A DNA stretch of 64,000 bases. Origin: Tubulanus polymorphus. Lineage: Eukaryota > Animalia > Nemertea. The DNA lies in the NCBI RefSeq assembly GCF_964204645.1, contig NC_134036.1, positions 3,534,001-3,598,000 of the forward strand, given 5' to 3'. A program made the position numbers and the translations under genes. Below are positions 48,788-62,196 of the stretch, in pieces (positions within the stretch are counted from its first letter, which is position 1; each line of letters opens with the position of its first letter). Below the pieces are notes generated by a model, which worked only from the letters and a program-made list of their open reading frames with translations, was not told the DNA's origin and did not search any database.

Positions 48788-50935
48788 GTAAACACTTTTA
48801 GAGCATGGCGGTCAGATTATATTCAAAATCTATATATATCATTATTTGCTCCTCTGGTTATGAGCTAAGGAAACTTTCTCCGCGAAGTCTTTTTCAATCA
48901 TTAAGGACATCAGCGATCAGGACCGAGGAATTTATTCTTGAGAAAAATTCAAAATCAATCTACCTTTTTAATGAATGGGAAGCCGGTCATTCATGTAACG
49001 CACACAATGGATCCATAGTCCGTCGCAATGTCAACTTTCACACGATCAAACTACAGTTTTATTTCCACGCCGATTCAAAAGGCGAAAAGGCGGAGAGAAA
49101 CTTATACGCTTGTTTGGATTGAATAGCGAAAAACATTGATATCCGTGAATGTGACACTAAAAAAACCAACCAGTGTAAACACGATTATTACATTCGATGA
49201 ATACCCTGAAACGTCACAAAGACAACGTAAGATTTTATTACTGCACGCATATACAGATAGGTAGTAAAAAGATCAAGTGCCTTTTTAGGATATTCAAATT
49301 GGTCGTTGATCTAGATAGAGCGTCTACGTGCAGGCCTACATAGTAAAAAATGTTTTATTAAAAACAATTGCTCATCTATGAGAAGGTTCAGTAAGGACCC
49401 AGTTGCTAAGTTCTGAGTTAGATTTGAATACAAATAGTGAATCAGCCCCTTTGGAGCTGTGAGTGGAGCATCATCATCGTGGAACGAATCGTTACAGCCT
49501 ATACATAGTAGTTTTGGTCGTTAGGATGTCTTTACCTTGACAAAAGTGAAAAGTCCATGTGCTGGGGTTTGAATAAAGGTATCAAATGAAAGGAAAGAAA
49601 TTCCGGAGACTGTTAACAATAAACGTGGCTATAGTTCCAGGGCAGACCAGACATGTAGAGCCGAACCTGTCTATAATCAATGTACAATCAACCTTAAAAG
49701 AACTATTTGTCACACCAGCCCTTGTCACATAAAAGGGAAATATTTGCCAAGATATATTTTGGCCTCATTCATTCAAAAATATATCAGACGCCAGACTGTC
49801 ATATATAGATCACCAATTTTACTGCCACGATCTAGGGTCACATATTCATGTGTCGTATTCGTATCTAAACGACAACATGCTATTTTGCTGGAAAAATTGA
49901 TCCGTTATGGTATTATGCGAGTCGTATTGTAGCCTGGATATTAATGTGTACGTAAGCGCAGCATTAACATTGACTTCATTTCGTGTTACAGCGCAGCTTC
50001 TAGTATAGTTAAAGAGTGAATCTGGTGACAGTAGTGTGAATGCGGAGCGCTGATTATTCAGGTTATGGTATATTCGCGTTTTTATATGGGTTCTATACAT
50101 AGGCACATTCGTAAAAAGATGGCTGCTTCCTAACTACCGCATAATGACATCATCCGCCGACCGTCTGGTAGTGATTGGATCTTCCGGCTCTTCAGGTGAA
50201 AAATACGGCCTCGATAAGCATCCAATCACGAAGGCACGATCGGATGATTTCGTGCACATTAGCGGGCATCCATCTTTTATGGAAAAGTCTATTTCACTTG
50301 GTCTTAGAATTCGAGTACACCTAAATTGAAAATTTTGATTTTAATATCTCAAAAAAGGAAAAACGTTTCAATAACATGCTCTGACACTAAACATATTGAA
50401 TTTAATCTTTACATGAAATTGGAAATGTAAGTTTTTTTGAAATGTATATATATTTCAATATATGATATGTACCGGGGTATGTATGAACTGGAGCCCATAG
50501 GAGGACAGGAGGGAAGTTATTGATTCCTCCTGAACCTCGGGCTCGCGTTGCATAATGGCCATATCGCACGGCGGTCTCGAGGGTCCAGCTATAGGTTGGT
50601 GATCTGTTAAAGCTAACCCATCACTAACCGACATAAAGCGACAATTACAACTACATTGCCGCTACGGTAGCTATTCGACGGTAAACTAAAACATCTTTAA
50701 GTTGAGCAAATTACCGGCCAACTGTTTCTAGATAAATATAAATCTAACCGATGCATACATGCATATATCGCATACACAACTGATATACGGCATATCTTTA
50801 TATGATATAGCAGGAATAATACACGCAGAGACTCATCAGTATTCACTCTACAGCTGGGGACCGATTTATAGGCCATAACGAGAGTCTGCGCTGATGAGTG
50901 CGTAATTGAATGAAACCATTATTGAAATCGCCGCG

Positions 50936-52151
50936 ATGGAACACGAAAACAACACCGCTACTGCCGCCGGAGCCGCTGCAGCAGCGGCGGGAGATCATCA
51001 CGAGTCCCAATCGATCGAAATGAAAGAACTGAAACCGAAAAATAACACGACCAAGTCGCTCAACGGAACCGGCATGAATTTCATGTATATTTGCAAAAAC
51101 TTGGACGTCGACGATTATTACGCGCACGATAACTATCTGGAGTCGATCAAGAAGAAGCTGAACACGAGCGAATACGTAGAATCGATTCGTGTCTACGTCG
51201 AGGAGGTGCCGGCGATTTTCAGCGACGGCGGTTCGGCGGAAAGCTCCGGGCCGATGTGCTGCGCCGGTTTGGGTACCTTCTCGGCGTTCGTTCCGGCGCC
51301 CGAGTTGGAGAATGCGAAGGATAAGTTCTACCACGCGTTGGTCGTGGTGAAGGTCGCCGACGGCTCGTTCATAGCGTTCGACAAGGGAAATCATTTGTAC
51401 ATACACGTGGCGACGGAGGCGGAGAAATTATTGAAAAAATACGTCGGCGACAGAGCTGGACGTAAGTATGCCATGTTTAGTTATTCTGAATTTACCCCGG
51501 TATATGACATGTCGTTATTTCAGTATGGATAGGGACTTTGTATAGCTTTGCGAGCCAAGAATGCCAGCATTCAAAACGCGCCCACAACTGAATTGTCCCT
51601 TAGCAAGAAAAATCCCTTTTGGGCATAGTACCTAGTCAAAAGGTGATTCCGAGGACTTAGAACTTCTGTATTCCCTCTCTCTCTGCCCAGACGAACATGT
51701 AGGAAGTCTGTATCTTTGTCTGTTTTTGTCGTGTTTTGCGTCGATCGGGTCTTGGTTTCCAAGACTAATTACCCGTGGTAATGCCCACGATAGGACGATC
51801 TTTTAAGAGTTGCACACTGGAAGCAGTCAGCAAAAGTCGAACCCACTCGTCACTGGCAGCGACTGCGTGGAACACCTTCATATTAATGAATGATTCCTTA
51901 ATCTATTAACCGCATACGAAATCATAATCTCTGACTACAATACGTATCAATTCATATTTTCAGTCGAGGAAAACTGCGAGAACATCAATTTACTGCTATC
52001 GAAATCGACGAAACCCGAGACGACCCTGTACGACGTAGTGACGTGGATAGATTCGATGAAATGGGCGATCAAAGGCTACAGTTTGATACAGTCGAGTTGT
52101 CAGGAATTCGCACGAGAAATATTACTCGAATTCGCTACCGATATCGCTTAA
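50936..52151 (+). CDS. Uncharacterised ~237-aa permuted papain-fold (PPPDE/LRAT-like) protein, 2 exons, nested antisense in coronin 5' intron region
   Basis: ATG in GCCGCGATGG context. Exon 50936-51461 (C|GTAAGT) joins 51964-52151 (TTTTCAG|, phase 1, TAA). His motif FYHALVVVKV..FDKG comes before Cys motif YSLIQSSCQEFA. AATAAA at 52789. Confidence 0.78.
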
Positions 52152-52254
52152 ATATCTACAAATATATCGTAATCTCTTCGTTTCGTTAAATGCTAAACAT
52201 ACATTAATAACGCGCGTTAGTAACGTAAAAATATTCAGGAACTTGTAGCAGGAT

Positions 52255-52650
52255 CCAAACCTGATGATACGCCATGACATGGATCTCTGCCCTATAGTGC
52301 GGACCCTTCCCTTCTGCGGTGATTTGAACCTGATCGCATCGCGAGACTCTGCCACGTTCCTCACTCGCAGGGATTTAAACCTGATGACATCGTAAGACTC
52401 TGCCATGTTCTTACCCCGCGGAGACTTGTTAACTTGATGGCATCGCGACACTTTGCTATGTTCTTCCCTCGCAGGGACCTAAACCTGATGGCATCGTAAG
52501 ACTCTCTGCCACGTTCATTTCCTCACTCGCCGAGATGTGTCGATTTCCTTTCACGCAGAGATTTTAAAAACCTGTTGTCACCCCAAGACCCAACCGCGTT
52601 CCTCCCTTGTTGAGACTCGAACTCGATGGCGTCGCGAGACAATGCCACGA
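52255..52650 (+). repeat. ~49-bp tandem array of the AACCTGATGGCATCG family
   Basis: About 8 degenerate units; same family as 14895-15035. Confidence 0.85.
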
Positions 52651-53095
52651 TACGAAACCCAACAAAGTGCCTATACGGATAACCAAAAGCAAATGTTGTT
52701 TAATTCTTGATAATGGACCTATCAATGATTTCAATGTAATTAATGTTCTTTTTATAATGTTAACGTTCTAATGTTTATCAGTATATACAATAAAGTTACA
52801 TCAAAATCGTCATTCGAGGTTGGATTTCGGTAAAAGCATCGCAAATGGTCCCACGTCCTTCGACGACTGACAAGCACTCTATCTACACAACCATGCACAA
52901 GTGACAAGCACTGCAAAGTATTCTACAGCACGTAATCAGCTTATTGGAAAAAGCTTTTGCAATCTATATAATTCTAGTCGATATACTGCTGTATATAATA
53001 TAACAGAATGTATAATTCAATGGTACTTTTTAACGGTAATTACAATATGCTCCTCATTGTCACTGTGACGAACGCACGGTTTCTAACATAGTTAC

Positions 53096-53125
53096 CTTTT
53101 CGTCATCGGTCTCCAAACCGGCCAT
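53096..53125 (-). CDS. Candidate alternative coronin N-terminal coding segment MAGLETDDEK
   Basis: AAAATGG start and AAG|GTAACT phase-0 donor, compatible with the TAG|ATG acceptor at 46333. Confidence 0.5.
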
Positions 53126-54449
53126 TTTGAATTGTCTTTCAGCGCTTTAAACGATCCTTATTATCCTATTAGTTTTTTCGATGATTAACCATTTAATCCG
53201 GTCATACGAAGATCATCATTGTTTCCGAGAATAAAAGTACGGAAAAATCCATTCGAATTAGGAAATCTAGGTGGCTTAAATTTTCCATCAACGATGCCAG
53301 ACATTATCATGCATAGGTTCTAGAACGATACGGACAATCCACGAGTTCAGGAACCAGCACAACCTGTTGCAGCGACGGTTTTCAAAGAATCAGCACGATA
53401 TTAATCTTGTTTTCCAATAGGAAGGCCATAAAGAAAGTCGGGGCGTCTCGTTAGTAGCATTCGCTACATGCCTGTGGAAAGCATAAATCCATATATCGAC
53501 GGCGCCTCTTCGTTACTTAAACGGATCTTAACCGACATCGAAAAATATCTGGTTAATTTCTCTCTCCGTCTAGCGGTTGTCGTTCGCGTTTGTACCGACT
53601 TGACGAACTGGGTGTAGCGTTCTCGTCAGTCGCAGAGAGACACACCCTAACCTCACCTCACTCGACGTCGTACATAGATGTCGTCTATTAGTGTATTTAC
53701 AATTTGAATCGATACGAGGATTGGATGAAGTATTCTCTATCTGTCACAGTCAGGCATCACTTGAAATCTTTCTAATCAACTTAGCGAGTGTTGAATTACG
53801 CGATAATACATAAAAACTAACTAGAAAGTTTATTTACGTCGTCAACCGATGCCCCAATATTGATGACGGAGTGCACATCACGTCCACACGATATTCTAAT
53901 TCATTATCGAAAATTCATGAAAATTCATTAAGGAAAATATAAGGGTCTATAGAAAATCGTAACAAATTGGTCGTTAAGACAGAAGAATGGACCGAATTAT
54001 GACAGTATGAATAGGCCTACCTGCGCAAGAAGGCCAAAGACCGTGGATCCAGGGACTGACGTTGACAGGAGCGCAAAGAAATCATAAGGGCAAGTTACCC
54101 GCTGCATAGACAACGGTCTGGAAAATTTTCAAATTTCAGTACGTTTTTTCATCAATTTTTCGACACTCGAGGGACATTTAAGAAAATGATCTTGCGCTGC
54201 CTATTTAGTTGTGGGTGGAAAAAGTGCCCTGAAAAACATTGCCATTGTATTTTCAAAAGGACGCGAGAAAAAATTGCGACGGGAGCTCGGGCTTCGTGTG
54301 CTCCCGTCTGGATCCGACTCGGAAGGCCTTTATTTTGGCATCCTTGCTTGCCAGGGTTTGATTGCCACCCGCCGATGCCGACGCCAACACAAAACCCTGG
54401 CCGCAAACGCTGATATTATAATGATCTCCGTTTCAGCGTGAATACTTAC

Positions 54450-54644
54450 ATGCCCTTTAAACTTGTTGTCAACTTTCGACTCGTATCGGGTCAACTGCTG
54501 TCGTACGGCTCCGTCGCAGATACCCGGGAATCGTGACGTCACGATGTTCAGATTCCGATGGTGGTGATTCAAATTAGTGTTCGAATTCCTGCCGCGATCG
54601 ATTTCGTTGTTGTTGCCGGCATTTCCATTGGGATCGGTCTTCAT
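54450..54644 (-). CDS. Candidate alternative coronin first coding exon (65 aa, MKTDPNG...KFKGH)
   Basis: AAAATG start, coding-like composition, CAT|GTAAGT phase-0 donor. Confidence 0.65.
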
Positions 54645-57600
54645 TTTCTATACTATTTCTAGTGAGAGGTTTTTGGTTCAAAGATTCTTTGCGATTCGCC
54701 TAATCTGATCCGCCTGGCGAGAACGATGGATTCGAATGAGAGGACGGAAATTAAGAATTCGAAGTCATTAACGACGCGCAACATTTAAACCTCGAAAAAA
54801 TTGATAATACGAAAAATCCCACGATAGAAAAAAAGGAAAGACGAATCCGAAAAGGTTTTCATCGAGCTTGTAGTTTATTTCAACATTTCTATTTTCGCTA
54901 CGTGGGGTTTTTACCGTATCATCGATTCAACACTGACGGAGTTTTTCATCAATATTAAACTACCAATATTTCGGGCCTATGTCTCCGCGACTGGTTCAAA
55001 GTTTATCTATTTTCAACATCACCGATGCCTACCATACAATCAGTAGGGTATTCTCACTACAAATTTTCTATGGCAACTTCGAATTGTGCTTGACAAGATT
55101 AATACACCGCGGTATAGCGACAAGGGTGGTATCGGGCCATACCCCCAACTTACCTCATTTGCAAAACACATGCATACATATCGAAATTTTGAAGACGCAA
55201 ATTCTTTGTACAAAATGCGATAATTACTGTTATATCTACATTATATTCAATATCTTTCCATTTTGTGGAAGCCGACCAACTGTAAGATTCTAGGCGACTT
55301 ATATAGGCCCGTGGGGCCGGGTGTCGAAATTCTCCCCATCAAAATAATTACAAATCAATATTGTAAAGACACATGTTCGAAAAGAATTTATCTATCTATC
55401 TATGATAATAATATGACAGGATAGGCACATTTTTATCATCAACCTTTGGCTGATCAATTCCCAACTGTAATGCAAGTGCATATTTATCTATGACGAATAA
55501 CCGACCGATCTACGTAGAATCAAATCAGAAATTACTCAGACAATATTCAATTCATTTCTTTTTTAAGAGCTGAATTATTGAGAAATAACCGTGAGTCATA
55601 TAACACACCGATGATGTACACAGCTATAATGAGTGTAAGGCGTACAGACTGAGAGCGAGCCAGACCGATATTCAACTCGCTCCGCGGCTCTTCTCTCGAA
55701 TCACAATCGCCATGGAAACGACGTATTTGGTCGGAAGAGAGATGTATTAGGAATTTTTCGTCGACGATATACTACACCACCGGTGAACGATGCTGTGTTT
55801 GTGCGTGATGCTCAGCACGTCGGGTCACGATACGACCATGACGAAACACGAAGGCAACTGGTTGTTTTTCCTCATTATTTTGATGCGGCGTATTAGAAAT
55901 CGAGTTTCAGGTCTGCATAATTCCCTTTCCCCTTTGAACGGAAGAAAAGGATGTCTCAAGATTTTGAAAATGGCGACAATGGCTCATAGAATTGAGTCGA
56001 AACGTCTAGAATATTTTCTAGTTTTTTTTCCACATTTTTATCGTGGTTTTTACTTTATTGATATCAGACAGTCATTTGTCTATGGAAACCAAACAAGGAT
56101 ATCTATACCGTGTAGACCTCTGACAATAGCTGTCTAGGATGTTAATTCTTTTGAATAGTGTTTAGTATCCACGTTTTTTTGTTGTTGATACGATCTTATC
56201 TGATGTATAGGTTTCTGTATAGAAATCGGTATCTACTAGCCTTTATTGCACAACACCAGCTGACTACCTTTTGTTACGGTATATCAAATCCCGATAAAGA
56301 AAAATTGAAATTAAATCGAGACTATAAATAATGGATGGAATCGGAAACGAATTACGTATTTTCCACGCAACAAACCGGTTTTAGAAATCGACCTTGAGAA
56401 TTAGGTGTGACTTGCAAATGGCGATGCCTTGGACCTCATCCTTAATCGGGAGATACACGCGTAAAGCGGATATGAATCTGTTGCCTAGAATCAGATATTC
56501 GCCATTTGAATCTAGACGATCGTTTTTTTGAAATTGCGCTCATAAAATGCTGATGTTTGTATCGTTCATTTTCAATTGAATATGTCTTAATTGATTCCCG
56601 TGACGCCCAGACGATCAAAAATTAAAAAGAATGTGTGGGCGGTGTGGCGATACATGTGGAAATTTTCTAAGATATTTGTAAGAATGATTTCTATTTACAA
56701 GTTTGTCCAACACATACCACATCGATAGAATCAAAAGCAGGCAACGAAATAACTAATGTGTTCTATACACCCGATAACCGTACTGATATGCGCTGATAAA
56801 AACAGTTAATTTGCATATTCATAACGATATATTTATCTTCAAATTATGAATAAAAAGAATCCGTCATAAAAATAAATGCACATCGTATTAAAAAAATAAT
56901 ATTCAGACACCGTACATATACAAAACAATGTTACTTGCGGGCGTTAATGACTTCGAATCCTAAATTCCCGATAAACATATTTAATTTCGCTGTTTTTATC
57001 CGCCGTTTCGAAGATGAATTTACGAGATAAATCCTCGTTACGCGTTTTCAATTTCCCCGATTTTAATGTTTCTGCACAATACGAAAAACTATAACTATAT
57101 TATATATGAAATAGAAAAGAGAATGCTGATGACTAACTACCGAGATTCTTCGCACGAGATATTTCAATATTCTAACACTTAGATTTCGAAGACAAATAAC
57201 GAACTTATGATGATAAACGTGATCATAAATCCCGATGAATTCAAACGCGTGGATAAACCCGGTGATCGAATATACCTAACTCTACACGGAGAAACGGAAG
57301 AATCTGTCGGTGTTTTACAGACACTCCTGTCAGTGTCTAGACGGTGTCGCGGTGGATGGCTCCGTAGCTGCAGTTCGTGTAAAAATCCCGGGACGTGATT
57401 CCGCCATACAGAGCGCTGTTGCGCAGCAGCGCAGTCTCGGAATCAGAATCCGAAGAGAATCAACGCGACAATCCAACAAAATCAGCCCCGATCGGTCGCT
57501 TGCCGGTTCGGGCTGCGTTTGAACGATTGTTTGAATGAACCGAAACCGAAATTTCCCAATTAGGTACCTGGGTACTTCGATTTTAACAACGAATCATGTA

Positions 57601-58456
57601 AATTCGACCGCAGATCACACCACTACTTCGAATCCCGATTTCAAAATCAAACTCCCTGTTTCGATACCGGCAGTTGTGGTGGGTTTGTAACGGACCCCGA
57701 ATCAGGCCGAATCAAACCAAATCTTCCAATCGAATAAATAACAGGGACAATCCCTATTTCAAGATTCAAGAAAATAAGACACAGTGAAATCTCTTGGATA
57801 AAACGATTTATCGCGTAACGAACTCGTGGAATTTCATCGCGGCATAATTTCGATGTAATTAACCCCGCTCGCCGTAATTAGAGTCGTGTCTGTCTATAAA
57901 AACTGATACCTCTCAATTAACTATATACTCATTACACCCGATGAAGCTACTATACGCTATAGTAGCCATGCGAGCTCGTCATATTTACTCTTGATAAAAT
58001 CAAGTCAACCTTTAATATTTGTCTTCGCGTTCAGCTATTCAATACCAGGTTAACTTATAATACGGCTCTGTCACCACTATCCCAAAATAAGACAATTTGA
58101 TTTATTTGACACTGGACACAACGAGCTATCGGTTAAAAACGAACAGATTTTCTGGTCTCCTGAAGTTCGTTGTAACGAGGTTTGAGAATGGATCCAGTCG
58201 GGAGCAAAGGGGGTTCCCTTCATATGAAGATGGCACTTTTTAGTCGTGGCGGTGCCCGAGGAGCGGAAAGCGCGTACAGAGGGGTCTGGGGTCCTCCCCG
58301 GAGAAAAGTTTGAAAATTAAGGAACATTTTTATTCAATTTTAGTTAAGTTCAAGACCACAGTACAGGGAATAAGAATGGATTTTCAAAGGGCACTTGGTC
58401 GGAAGAGGGGGTTCAATATTTGCGTATCAAGTAAACTATAATATAGATTGACTTAC

Positions 58457-58537
58457 CCTTCGCCGATTAGTCGGCTCCGTGTTTCCCAAAGCCCTCAACC
58501 GGGACTGAATTAACGCCGACATCTCTTGGTTGTTCAT
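58457..58537 (-). CDS. Candidate alternative coronin first coding exon (27 aa, MNNQEMSALIQSRLRALGNTEPTNRRR)
   Basis: ATCATG start and AGG|GTAAGT phase-0 donor. Confidence 0.6.
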
Positions 58538-61501
58538 GATTCTTCTATAAATCCGTCAACGAATCAATCAATCAATCAATCGGGTCATTCCTGCGAGTTT
58601 TCATTCCGATATCGGCCAACAAATTTGTACAGACAAATACCTGTGGCGCGCCGGCTTCAAATCCATTTCATATTCCACATTTTCAGTGCGTTATATGTAA
58701 AAATAGTGTATAATTTACAATTCTTGTTTTCATGTATCGCGCACTTCAAAAACTAGACTCGTATAACAGCTGCTAAAACACAAACATCACCCGGAAAATC
58801 TCAAAACACTTATTCCTATATCAGATACTCCGTTATATCGATAAGAATCTCTTTATTCCCCCTTTTGAAATATATAGTCGATACGTTTATTGAGCCCCAG
58901 CAGCCGAAGTCCGTCGATGCGCAATCGCTATATGTCCGATAGTGTTGTCGCGAGTTTCCTTAAATTGAATTAGAACATTGAATAACGTGGAAGATTATTT
59001 CGTTCATTCCGTTGATAGGCCAATACTGTTGAATATAGCGACACTCGAATGTGAAGAGGACACTCGTCTGAAGAATTCGAAGGTCATTCATTTCTCAGAA
59101 GAGATCGGGGCCAACGTGACATCTTTCCTTTATCGCGAACAACGACGAACTTTCGATCGATGATAGAAACATTTTATCAAGAATACACGAGCTCTTTAAG
59201 AAATTAGGCCTTTTCAATTTGACAGCGGGTAACAGGCTAAAGGCTACTCATTTCTGCTGAGCTCGATGGTTGACCCGCCTATTTACCCTACATTACTTAT
59301 TAGGCCTACAAAATCATGATCAAGCTAACAATAACAGACCCGGCAGCTATATAGATAAGAACTGATTATAAATTTCATTTCAGTTTACAAAATGACCCCC
59401 GGCCGATTAGGAGAAACAAGGTATCTTTTTTAGCTTATTGAAAAATACAATAAACATCTTAAAGCTAGTGATAGATGTTTACAGGCCTACTGTTTTGAGA
59501 ATAGTCCCATAGTCTCGACCTCCTCGCTCGATAAACATATTCCTACATATCCTGATGTCTAGATGGCATCCGAGCAATTCCCTTTATCTATATATATATA
59601 TATATATATAATGCAGATAGAATATCTCCAAGCTACAAAAAAGTGTCGTTTCATCCCTTGCGCAATCGCGCGCACTGACAATATAATAGGCCACGTAAAT
59701 TGTATAGCCACGATTTATACAAATACCTTAACACAATGTTCAGCGTAATCACGCAATAGTCGTTCGAATATATACCCGATTGATGTAAAAAAAAAACCGC
59801 GGTCTATATACTCTCAATGTCACGTCGTCATATATGTACATTCATAGTAATACAATCTCGCATATTGGTAACCGTATATACTTACTATATACATATACGC
59901 GTGTAACAGCTTTTGAACGTTGGGTTAAATGGATGAGAGCAGCTTGAACTGGTCTATATTATAGCTATTTATCGATAGGTTGTCCTTTAGCGCGCGCGGG
60001 ACCATTAACAACTAACTGCGCATCCGATTCCCCGATCAAATACGTACGATTCGATCCAATTGACGAATAGAACTGTCTCATGGGTCGGCGTGGATCAAAA
60101 GGCTGTAACATTAGTTTCTTCGACGCGTTAACAAGCCATTGTGCAAGTGTGGGTCAGTGAGCCTAACCCTATGCAGAAAATCCCCGACAATAATGACGAA
60201 AAAATTAAGTAAGAATAGATATAGGCCTAATTCCGGCGTAGCAAAGTCACTGGAACATTTTATAATGTTATCTAACGAATTGTCTTTGACGGAAATCTCG
60301 GGATGCGGGCCGAGTGGGTCTGCTCGCAACGCACCACCCCGTACGGGCCTCGTAGACAGAAAGATATTTTTTGCCTTGGAGAAAAGAAAGTGTGAATTAT
60401 GAAATTACCGATCAATTATCAGCCGGTACTCAAAGCAAGACCACAAGAGACCACCAATCAGAAATTAGGAAAACCACGGAAAACCAGATATAGAATACAA
60501 TGGAAATTATCAAAAAGGCTTAAAAAGTAATAATTGATGATAGCCTATTATCTAAAACACTGACACTAGGCCTAGAAACTGCCGGAATAAATTGCTATGT
60601 CGTAAAAAGCAAACGGGCAGTTTCTAATAATTGAGATTGTATACCCAGATGGATACTAATTACATTCAATTTACTTACTTGAATTGCTTCTCAGTTTTTC
60701 TTGGATTCTATTCGCATATTCATCCAGCAAATTGATTTTTATTGTGTTTTCCTGAGGCACTAGTCGCGTATTCAGCCAGCAAATTGATCTTTATCGCGCT
60801 GGATCGATTCGATTAGGGGTATCTAGTACTATTTTTCTTTGTTTTGTAGTTTATTCAACGGTTTTGTGTAGTTCATTACATAAAATTCGACATTTTCTTT
60901 GACTTTGTGTTTTTCTTTTAGATTTTGAATGATTTTATGTGTAAGGCGCCTTGCTTGCAATTTTCGGGGTTAGTTCGGATTTGAAGAAACAATTATATGG
61001 AGATGGAATATCCGCGCGAGGGTGGTTAAATAGTGTTAGCACTTGTAAAATGGCTAAAATTTCAGCGCCGCAACATCTAGAATTTGTTTCTTTTTTTTAT
61101 TATGTTGATAATTTTCGTTTTAAACGGCCCCGCGCGTTAGCGTCATTCGAGGCGCGCATTTTTGCTCCGCGGCCTTGAGACGTGCACAAATTGACTAAAT
61201 AAATATCTGAATTTTTTTCCGAAATAAAGTTTATTTCTTACAACTGAAAAACTAACTTAAATGATAAAAGAAAAATATGAAAGGAATATACAACAGATTA
61301 CGGAACGCGAGGAAAAAGAAGGAAAAAGTGGCAACTAAAACAAATTCAATTATATTTTATTTCAATTTTTTGTTAACAAAACAAAGAAAACTAAAAATTG
61401 ATAATAGTTACTTAATTGAAGTAGATTACGAGATCAAAAGTTATGAGAAATAAAGAATGGGGATTATCTGATAATTTAAGTGGCGACACCTATAAACACT
61501 C

Positions 61502-61530
61502 GTCACATGACACATCATATTCACTTCCTG
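61502..61530 (+). promoter_or_regulatory. ARL8 promoter: CLEAR/M-box-like GTCACATGAC plus ETS site ACTTCCTG
   Basis: GTCACATGAC at 61502-61511 is one mismatch from GTCACGTGAC. ACTTCCTG lies at 61523-61530. Both are 110-135 nt upstream of the ATG. Confidence 0.55.
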
Positions 61531-61638
61531 GTTCTTTTTCACTGACTAATTCACTTCAAGTCGTCATTAATTCGGGCCGATTTTAGCTTCGAATTTGGCC
61601 CTTAAATCGTCAACGGAAAACCAGGAGCCACCGCCAAG

Positions 61639-62196
61639 ATGATATCGTTCTTCCAACGAATCCTCGACTGGATCAAGAGCCTTTTCTGGAAAGAAGAGAT
61701 GGAACTGACGCTGGTCGGGCTGCAGTACTCCGGTAAGACCACCTTCGTCAACGTGATCGCGTCCGGTCAGTTCAGCGAGGACATGATACCGACCGTCGGC
61801 TTCAACATGCGCAAAATCATGAAGGGCAACGTGACGATCAAACTGTGGGACATCGGCGGCCAGCCGCGTTTCCGCAGCATGTGGGAGCGTTACTGTCGCG
61901 GCGTCAACGCGATCGTCTACATGGTCGACGCCGCCGACCACGACAAGATCGAGGCGTCGCGCAACGAGCTTCACAGTCTGCTCGACAAGCCGCAGCTGCA
62001 AGGCATTCCGATTCTCGTTCTCGGCAACAAGCGCGACCTGCCGAACGCGTTGGACGAGAAAGAGCTGATCGAACGCATGAACTTGTCGGCGATTCAAGAC
62101 CGCGAGATCTGTTGCTACTCGATCTCGTGCAAGGAGAAGGACAACATCGATATAACGCTACAATGGTTGATCCAGCACTCGAAATCCGGACGATGA
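61639..62196 (+). CDS. ARL8: ADP-ribosylation factor-like protein 8 (lysosomal small GTPase), intronless CDS
   Basis: 185 aa: [91 protein letters not shown]. Confidence 0.98.
   Translation: MISFFQRILDWIKSLFWKEEMELTLVGLQYSGKTTFVNVIASGQFSEDMIPTVGFNMRKIMKGNVTIKLWDIGGQPRFRSMWERYCRGVNAIVYMVDAADHDKIEASRNELHSLLDKPQLQGIPILVLGNKRDLPNALDEKELIERMNLSAIQDREICCYSISCKEKDNIDITLQWLIQHSKSGR

Noticed and set aside
50843-51406. 187-aa minus-strand ORF
   Set aside because: Shadow of the plus-strand nested gene.
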